From: Candidatus Woesearchaeota archaeon
GTDB lineage: Archaea > Nanobdellota > Nanobdellia > UBA10117 > JABICX01
Direction: 5' to 3'
Length of the DNA stretch: 60,926 bases
NCBI GenBank assembly: GCA_018692915.1
Contig: JABHLG010000004.1
Coordinates: 1-60,926, forward strand
In this document: piece by piece, positions 54,830 to 60,926 of the stretch
How positions within the stretch are numbered: position 1 is the stretch's first letter
How the letters are laid out: every line of letters begins with the position of its first letter
The notes under the pieces: model-generated
The model's database searches: none
The model's input: the letters and a program-made list of their open reading frames with translations, nothing else
What the model was told of the DNA's origin: nothing
Program-made: the position numbers and the translations under genes

Positions 54830-56452
54830 TTACATCATTCCAGGAGGCATGCCTTGTGGATGCATTTGTTGTTGATTTGATTTACCTGAGCTAATGATAT
54901 CATCAATGCGTAAGATTAGGATTGCTGCTTCTGTTGCAGATTGAATTGCCTGAGTTTTAATTTTAAGTGGCTCAATAACTCCGGCTTGCCACATATCTTG
55001 AGCCTGACCTGAAAAAACATTTAATCCAGACCATTTCTTTCCACTATCATGTTCTGCTTTTAATGCAGTTAACATATCAATTGGGTCTAAACCTGCATTT
55101 TCTGCAAGAGTTCGAGGAATCATTTCAAGTGCTTCTGCAAAAGCTTGAACAGCTAGTTGTTCTCTTCCACTAAGACTGTCTGCATATTTTCTAAGTTCTT
55201 TTGCTAGCTCAACTTCAACTGCACCACCTCCTGCAACACATTTTCCATTTGATAATGCTGCAGATAGGTCACCAATTGCATCTTTTAGTGCTCTTTCAAC
55301 TTCATCAACAACATGTGCAGTTCCACCGCGGATTATTGCAGTAACTGCTTTTGGATTAAGGCATTTTGTAACATATGTCATATTTTCATCGCCCAATTTT
55401 TTCTCTTCAACAAGCCCAGATTTACCTAAATCTGTTGGTTTAATTTCATTTATTTTAGAAACTATTTTTGAACCTGTTGCTTTTGATAATTTAATTATAT
55501 CACTTTGTGTAACTCTTCGCACAGTATAAATTCCTTTTTGCGCTAAAAAGTGTTGAGCAAGGTCATCAATACCTTTTGAGCAAAAAACAACACTTGCTCC
55601 AGCATTAGAAATTGCATCCACATATGCTTTCAATGTTTTTTCTTCAGAATCTAAAAATGCTTGTAATTGATTTGGGTCAGTTATTTGAATCTTTGCTTCA
55701 ATTTCAGTATTTTTAACTTCAATGGCAGTATCAAGCAAAGCAATTTTTGCATTTGCAACACGCTTTGGCATATCACTATGAATTCGTTCTTTATCTAAAA
55801 CCACACCATCAATTAATTCAGTATCTGCACTACCACCACCTTCTTTCTTTTCAATTTTAATATTATCCATATCTACCTTATTATTTTCAGCAACGTGAAG
55901 AACTGCTTTAACTGCAATTTCAGCTAATTTACCTTTAGCCCATTCTACATTTTTTCCAGTCATAGCCGTCATAGCAATGTTTTTAAGAGTTAATTTATTA
56001 GTTATATCAATATCCATACCAATTGCTTGTAATATTGATTGTGCTCTTTGTGCAGCAAGTTTATATCCATCTGCAATTACAGTTGGATGAATATTTTTAT
56101 CTAGGAGAGATTCAGATGCATGTAATAGTTCACCTGCAATTACAACGGCAGTAGTTGTTCCGTCACCAACTTCTTCTTCTTGAACTTTTGCAACTTCAAC
56201 AATCATTTTTGCAGCAGGATGTTCTATTTGCATTTCATCAAGAATTGTAACACCATCGTTTGTTATTGTTACATCATTGTTTGCACTTACTAACATTTTA
56301 TCCATACCTTTTGGACCTAATGTTGTTCTAACTGTATCGGATATTGCTTTTGCAGCAGCAATGTTTGCTTTTTGTGCTAATTTACCAGTGTTCCTTGAAG
56401 AACCTTCAGGAAGAATAAAAATTGGTTGAACTTGATCATTCATAATATACAC
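54830..56452 (-). CDS. ths: thermosome subunit (group II chaperonin)
   Basis: '[10 protein letters not shown]', 'VGDGTTT', 'GGGAVE' and a C-terminal 'GMPPGMM' tail. The probable start is the 4th codon (MNDQ). Confidence 0.95.
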   Translation of the reverse strand: MYIMNDQVQPIFILPEGSSRNTGKLAQKANIAAAKAISDTVRTTLGPKGMDKMLVSANNDVTITNDGVTILDEMQIEHPAAKMIVEVAKVQEEEVGDGTTTAVVIAGELLHASESLLDKNIHPTVIADGYKLAAQRAQSILQAIGMDIDITNKLTLKNIAMTAMTGKNVEWAKGKLAEIAVKAVLHVAENNKVDMDNIKIEKKEGGGSADTELIDGVVLDKERIHSDMPKRVANAKIALLDTAIEVKNTEIEAKIQITDPNQLQAFLDSEEKTLKAYVDAISNAGASVVFCSKGIDDLAQHFLAQKGIYTVRRVTQSDIIKLSKATGSKIVSKINEIKPTDLGKSGLVEEKKLGDENMTYVTKCLNPKAVTAIIRGGTAHVVDEVERALKDAIGDLSAALSNGKCVAGGGAVEVELAKELRKYADSLSGREQLAVQAFAEALEMIPRTLAENAGLDPIDMLTALKAEHDSGKKWSGLNVFSGQAQDMWQAGVIEPLKIKTQAIQSATEAAILILRIDDIISSGKSNQQQMHPQGMPPGMM

Positions 56453-56500
56453 CTATCACTAGGATAGGATAAAAAGCTTTTAAGTGTTATGAATTCCAGT

Positions 56501-56752
56501 TCATCTTGATAGTGCTTTTCTAATATCTGCAAGAATTACTGCAATTACAATTAAAACTATGCTAATAATTCCTGAAAAAAATGTAGTTAATGAGGTCCAA
56601 CTTAGTAAATAATTACCTGTGCTTATATCTGCAGCTTGCTGTAGCAGTATAAAGGCACTAACAGACCAAATAACTAACGCTCCTATTAAACCTATTTCTA
56701 TAAAATCGGGGCTACTTGTCTTTGTTCTTTCAAATATACTTTTTTTTATCAT
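56501..56752 (-). CDS. small two-helix membrane protein downstream of a pilin gene
   Basis: 83 aa. It starts 1 nt after the stop of 56754-57299. Confidence 0.5.
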   Translation of the reverse strand: MIKKSIFERTKTSSPDFIEIGLIGALVIWSVSAFILLQQAADISTGNYLLSWTSLTTFFSGIISIVLIVIAVILADIRKALSR

Positions 56753-56753
56753 T

Positions 56754-57299
56754 TTAACTATTAGCAGGATCTTTAATAAACTGACTTCCAGTTCCTGTTA
56801 CACCTGCGAAGTCCATCTTAAAATAAAATACAGAGTTATTTGTATATGTTCCTAAATAACAATTGTGTGATGTGTTACTTATGTTTAATATAATTGTACG
56901 AGTGCTTCTAACATCAATATTAGAATCACAACCACTTTGGCAATAAGTATTTTCATTATTACCTGTTCCCGATGCATTAAATGGTTGGTTACAAACAATA
57001 TTTTGTTTATTATCTTTTAATATCCACGTTACTGTTGATGTATCTGTTAACGGCACCTCTGTATTGCCTATGTTTCTAATTATTATTTTAAGAGATTCAT
57101 CATACATAACATCAACTTCAGATACATCCGCCTTTGCAGCAATTTTTTCAGATAGTTGTTCAGAATAAGATTCTGTACCGCCTTGCATTTCAGATTGAAT
57201 TCTAACAAACCAGAAAAATGCAGCTCCGGCAGCAGCAACAGTCATCATAAGTAATAGAACTACAGCTATAACTGGTGTAAGACCTTTCTTATTATTCAT
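56754..57299 (-). CDS. archaeal type IV pilin (no extended leader)
   Basis: 'MNNKKGLTPVIAVVLLLMMTVAAAGAAFFWFVRIQSE'. 90 nt of the N-terminal helix coding sequence are identical to 52575-52664. Confidence 0.85.
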   Translation of the reverse strand: MNNKKGLTPVIAVVLLLMMTVAAAGAAFFWFVRIQSEMQGGTESYSEQLSEKIAAKADVSEVDVMYDESLKIIIRNIGNTEVPLTDTSTVTWILKDNKQNIVCNQPFNASGTGNNENTYCQSGCDSNIDVRSTRTIILNISNTSHNCYLGTYTNNSVFYFKMDFAGVTGTGSQFIKDPANS

Positions 57300-57320
57300 A
57301 ATTTGATTGTATGTTAGATT

Positions 57321-57332
57321 ATATATAGTTTT
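57321..57332 (-). promoter_or_regulatory. BRE/TATA-like promoter 12-mer (aaaactatatat)
   Basis: Lies 22-33 nt upstream of the ATG at 57299. Confidence 0.5.
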
Positions 57333-57390
57333 TTCTTCAAAATAGCTGAGGAAACATTTATATTAATGAGTATACAATACTAATATAACA

Positions 57391-57906
57391 ATGGTCAAGT
57401 ATGATATCTTCAATGAAGTAAAGATAGATTTAACAGGGCAGTTATTTGATGTTAAAGAGGTATATAAACACGCACATGATTGGTTAGATTGGAGACGATT
57501 TGATGTTGTCGAAAAAAAATATAAAGAAAAATCAAAACCCGCAGGACGAGAGATTAAAATAGAATGGGAGTGCACACGAGATATTGATGAATATTCTAGA
57601 TTTGAGATTAAAGTTAAATGGGAAATGTATGGTATTAATGATGTTAAATTAAAGCAAGAAGGTAAAGACATAAAGCTTCAGACAGGTAATATTGTTATGC
57701 GCGTAACTGCACTTCTTGTTATGGATTATGGTGCAAAGTGGGAGACTAACAGAATAAATAAATTTTTACAATCTTTTTTTGAGAAGTATCTTTATGCAGG
57801 AACTTTCGAAAGATTAAAAACCGAGCTTTGGAAAGAAGGTTGGGATTTCTATAACGAAATGAAAGCATATCTTGACTTGTATCATTTTGGTGATTATATT
57901 GAATAG
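57391..57906 (+). CDS. hypothetical protein
   Basis: 171-aa ORF. No motif recognised. The antisense ORF 57363-57671 is judged a shadow. Confidence 0.5.
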   Translation: MVKYDIFNEVKIDLTGQLFDVKEVYKHAHDWLDWRRFDVVEKKYKEKSKPAGREIKIEWECTRDIDEYSRFEIKVKWEMYGINDVKLKQEGKDIKLQTGNIVMRVTALLVMDYGAKWETNRINKFLQSFFEKYLYAGTFERLKTELWKEGWDFYNEMKAYLDLYHFGDYIE

Positions 57907-57916
57907 TAATTTTAAA

Positions 57917-58036
57917 ATTCTGAAATTCAGAAAATACGTAAAATCAGAAATTCAGAAAATACGTAAATTCTGATATTCCGAATATACGTAAATTCAGAAA
58001 ATACGTAAATTCTGATATTCCGAATTTCAGAAAAAC
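57917..58036. repeat. tandem/inverted TTCnGAA repeat array upstream of an AbrB-type regulator gene
   Basis: The 33-nt unit ttcagaaaatacgtaaattctgatattccgaat occurs at 57951-57983 and 57993-58025 (period 42). The 17-mer ttcagaaaatacgtaaa occurs 3 times. Palindrome ttctgaaattcagaa at 57918-57932. Confidence 0.85.
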
Positions 58037-58063
58037 TTAAATAAGAATATAATATTATAAATT

Positions 58064-58270
58064 ATGAGTAATCATCTTAAGATATCTCAAATTGATAATC
58101 GTGGTCAAATTGTAATACCTAAAGAAATAAGAGAAAAACTAAAAATCTCTCCCGGAACAGGATTTTATATTTATAATATATCTAGTGACGGTATTCTTCT
58201 AAAGAAAATACCTAATATTTTACCTGATATTGAGCTAGCAAAAAAAGAACTTCGGAGGTTTAAGAAATGA
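58064..58270 (+). CDS. AbrB/SpoVT/MazE-type DNA-binding protein
   Basis: 'ISQIDNRGQIVIPKEIREKLKISPGTGFYIY' matches the swapped-hairpin AbrB domain signature. 68 aa. Confidence 0.75.
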   Translation: MSNHLKISQIDNRGQIVIPKEIREKLKISPGTGFYIYNISSDGILLKKIPNILPDIELAKKELRRFKK

Positions 58271-60926
58271 AATATCTTAAGTTTGCATTGATTCTTATAC
58301 TTGTTTTAGGTATGGGTCAAGCTTGGGCCATCGATAATCACATAATTTTTGAAACAACTAATGAATATGATGGTAATTTAGGTGGAAAAAGTGGTGCGGA
58401 TGGAATCTGTATGACTGAAGCAGAGAGTTTGGGATTAAATGGAGAATTTATCTCATATTTAGATTATACTACTGAAAAAGCATTAGATTATCTTAATCTT
58501 GACATGATTTATGAAACACCTGCTGGTGAAATAAATTTTAGAGAAGATAGTATAGACGCACCATTTAGGGCATTTAATGGAGAATATTGGTATGGTGAGG
58601 GTTGTAATGATTTTTCTACAAATGCTGTAGATGTTGATGGTAGATATTATATTAATGATGGAACAAGTTTAGTATCAAATACGGATGATTGTAGTAATAC
58701 ACACAAATTACTTTGTGCAACGCTTAAAGCATGTGGTAATGGTTTAATTGAAGATGGTGAAGTTTGCGATGATGATGATATTATAACTGAAACTGCTTGT
58801 GATTATGGAACTCAAGAATGTACTCTTTGTAATGCAGATTGCACAGCAGAGTTAAGCTTAATTGGGTCATATTGTGGAGATGGAACTATTGATACAGGAG
58901 AAGTTTGTGATGATGGCAATAATGTCGATGAAACTGCTTGTGAATATGGTAATATAAGTTGCACATCTTGTAATTCAGATTGTTCAGCAAATCTTACATT
59001 AAATGGATTATATTGTGGTGATAAAATTTTGAATTTAACTTTGGGAGAAGAATGCGATGATGGTAATAATCTCACAAAAGATGGATGTAATGCAATGTGT
59101 CAGAATGAAACAACATTTATGCTTCGAGTTCATTTATTTGATTATGCTAAGAATTTAGTTACTTCAATTAAGAATATCGGATATACAATGGTAGAAATTA
59201 CTGTTGATAATTTAGATTCAGCAGAAACAACTGTTAATGCTTATATTTATACAGGCAAGGCAGTTCCTGCCGGAATTGTAGGTCATAATATTTATTGTGA
59301 TATGCAGGGAGTATTATGTTGTATTTCTTCTACAGGTTACTGTAAAGATTATTATGTGCCTGAAACTGGAGGAGCATTTACTGGAAGCCCTTGTGTATGT
59401 AATAGTACTGCAGGGTTTAATGAGAAAATGCCTTGGATGAGCGTCTATCCAGAATCTTTTGAAACAATATCTTTAGAAAAATCTGGAGCAAAATATACAT
59501 CTCTTCTAGATGAAAAAGAATATAGATACTCTGATTGTAAGCGTAAAGGCGAACATTCTGTTTGCTATATTAAAGCTTATTTTGAAGATCCAGAAGGTAA
59601 TATCTTTGACGAACTTTATACTTTAGAAATAGAGCGAGATTCATCAAGCAAGCCGATTATAAACTACACTATTGCAGGTGACCCTGAAGCTAATAAAGAT
59701 GTATATTATATTGATGTGGAAACATTTGAAACTGCTAGTGAAGATCCTTATCCCGTAGTATTTGATGCATCATTAAGTCAATTTAAATCACCTACATGTT
59801 ATGGTGGAGAAGAATGTTACTTCTTAGATAGTAATTTCTTAGAATACAAATGGTATATTGAAATACATAATAAACCATGGGGAAAAGTAGAGAATTTCCT
59901 TTGCACAAATGGAACAGATTCTTGTGTAAATCCTGTATGTGAGACTCAATGTGCAGATAAATTACCATGTACTTGCTTACAATTTGATACAGATGGTGAA
60001 GTTTATGATGGATATGTTGATAATCGCAAGACTTTCTCATATGACTTTGCTAATTCAAATGTTTGTGGTCCAGAAAAAAGCTGTGCAGTAACTCTTACAG
60101 TTACAGATAAAACAACTCTTGCTTCAAGCACAAAGCAATTTGGTATAATTCTTTCAGGAACTGCAACAGGAGATAGTCCATATGGAAATTACAGTCAGCT
60201 ATGCAGTGTTGGTGGAGAACAAATTGGATATACAGGTTATTGTTGTAGAACAGGATATATGGTAAATCCTAAGTTTAATAATTTTAATGAATTGTTCAAA
60301 AACAGAATGGATGCTTGTGTTGAAGTTCCGAATAAAGCACCAATTGCTAGAATTTCTTTTCCTGAAGATGATGAGATTTACAAAGCAGGAAATAATAAAG
60401 ATATTTACTTTAGAGCAGAAGGTTCTGATTCAGATGGTAACATAACTGCTTATTTATGGGATTTTGATGATAGAACCGAGCCATGGGGTTATCTTGAAAC
60501 TAATGAATATGATGAAATTGTTTGCGAAGCTGTAAAAGGAAGCAAATCTTGTGGTGAAGAAGAAGCGGTTTCTCTAGATGATTATGATGAAGAAGAGCAA
60601 ATTCCATGTTCTTGTAATCTAAAATATAGTGAGGATATTCTTAATATATATCCAGAATCTGCATCAACAAAGCAAAAGACTGTTCATACATATGAAAATA
60701 AATATGCTTGTTCTGAATATGATGAAGAAAAAGAATCAGAGTGTGAGATTACTTTATGGGTATTTGATGAAGAAGATACTGCTGGAAAAACAAAAATAAC
60801 TATAGAACTTACTGATGAATCTTCTGGTGATGGAATTGATGGTGATTTAGATATTGATTTCTACTGTGGTGATGGATTAGTTACTGGAACTGAAGAGTGT
60901 GATATTGGTGAAGTAAGTGCTTGTGA
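58267..60926 (+). CDS. large secreted cysteine-repeat/PKD-like surface protein, 5' part (over 886 aa, continues beyond the window)
   Basis: ATG 58267 overlaps the AbrB stop (ATGA). Frame 1 was read open to the window end. Signal peptide MKYLKFALILILVLGMGQAWA. 'CGDGTIDTGEVCDDGNN' type repeats occur at least 4 times. 'GSDSDGNITAYLWDFDD' is PKD-like. The ORF is absent from the track because it has no stop in the window. Confidence 0.85.
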   Translation, partial: MKYLKFALILILVLGMGQAWAIDNHIIFETTNEYDGNLGGKSGADGICMTEAESLGLNGEFISYLDYTTEKALDYLNLDMIYETPAGEINFREDSIDAPFRAFNGEYWYGEGCNDFSTNAVDVDGRYYINDGTSLVSNTDDCSNTHKLLCATLKACGNGLIEDGEVCDDDDIITETACDYGTQECTLCNADCTAELSLIGSYCGDGTIDTGEVCDDGNNVDETACEYGNISCTSCNSDCSANLTLNGLYCGDKILNLTLGEECDDGNNLTKDGCNAMCQNETTFMLRVHLFDYAKNLVTSIKNIGYTMVEITVDNLDSAETTVNAYIYTGKAVPAGIVGHNIYCDMQGVLCCISSTGYCKDYYVPETGGAFTGSPCVCNSTAGFNEKMPWMSVYPESFETISLEKSGAKYTSLLDEKEYRYSDCKRKGEHSVCYIKAYFEDPEGNIFDELYTLEIERDSSSKPIINYTIAGDPEANKDVYYIDVETFETASEDPYPVVFDASLSQFKSPTCYGGEECYFLDSNFLEYKWYIEIHNKPWGKVENFLCTNGTDSCVNPVCETQCADKLPCTCLQFDTDGEVYDGYVDNRKTFSYDFANSNVCGPEKSCAVTLTVTDKTTLASSTKQFGIILSGTATGDSPYGNYSQLCSVGGEQIGYTGYCCRTGYMVNPKFNNFNELFKNRMDACVEVPNKAPIARISFPEDDEIYKAGNNKDIYFRAEGSDSDGNITAYLWDFDDRTEPWGYLETNEYDEIVCEAVKGSKSCGEEEAVSLDDYDEEEQIPCSCNLKYSEDILNIYPESASTKQKTVHTYENKYACSEYDEEKESECEITLWVFDEEDTAGKTKITIELTDESSGDGIDGDLDIDFYCGDGLVTGTEECDIGEVSAC

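Noticed and set aside
46141-56490. Shared palindromic word cttaaaagctttt in the 46141, 46504 and thermosome (56471-56486) promoter regions as a regulon motif
   Set aside because: Two of the three copies belong to the same duplicated segment. A 13-mer containing the self-complementary aaaagctttt can recur by chance in such AT-rich DNA. A genome-wide count is needed before claiming anything.
57917-58036. Possible mini-CRISPR array
   Set aside because: The repeat units are 16-17 nt without unique spacers of 25-50 nt. The units interlock as palindromic half-sites, and no cas genes are present. It is interpreted as an operator array instead.
58812-60040. Minus-strand ORFs 58812-59075 and 59792-60040
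   Set aside because: They are antisense shadows inside the long plus-strand open-ended ORF (58267 onward), which has coherent domain repeats throughout.

Overview
AT-rich, densely coded archaeal chromosomal segment. The gene content is archaeal: PolD DP1 and DP2, Orc1/Cdc6, Hef, Hel308, a thermosome, membrane-anchored LonB, AglB/STT3 and PF07790-type pilins. The low GC and short proteins look DPANN-like, but that is inference. All calls come from reading motifs in the supplied translations and the DNA; no searches were run.

Main blocks:
1. A radical-SAM, methyltransferase and flippase glycan-type cluster (93-3422).
2. A replication core with a textbook origin (3532-10414): an inverted ORB pair around an AT-rich unwinding element, next to cdc6 and the PolD genes.
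3. Hef, two intramembrane proteases and a solo Cas4-like nuclease. These are followed by a second, G-string ORB/iteron-like repeat cluster that continues into an adjacent coiled-coil/wHTH gene (11544-16236).
4. A dNTP/thymidylate neighbourhood (18880-24442) with dUTPase, dCMP deaminase, a P-loop kinase and an unusual 577-aa protein made of two degenerate ThyX-like halves.
5. A TraB-Nudix fusion, a second Nudix, two PRC-barrel genes, LonB and an ABC-2 transporter (25867-32985).
6. RtcA and an N-glycosylation operon (33681-39971).
7. SecDF, a glycosidase, TrmI, Hel308 and a GNAT (40684-49818).
8. A type IV pilin-like operon (49815-53940) plus a third pilin (56754-57299). One pilin carries a roughly 320-aa six-bladed propeller inserted in a Cys-bounded loop plus a Cys-rich tail. 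Two pilins carry a duplicated KKGITP leader.
9. A tandem TTCnGAA repeat array, an AbrB-type regulator, and a secreted Cys-repeat/PKD-like giant protein of more than 886 aa (57917-60926). This ORF is missing from the ORF track because it runs off the window.

No rRNA, tRNA, CRISPR array, transposase or integrase could be recognised. Several sub-60-aa genes are proposed: two paralogous micro-membrane proteins, a frameshifted RHH gene and a 56-aa membrane ORF. The best candidates for something new are the pilus/adhesin module, the second ORB-like cluster with its wHTH gene, and the tandem ThyX-like protein.
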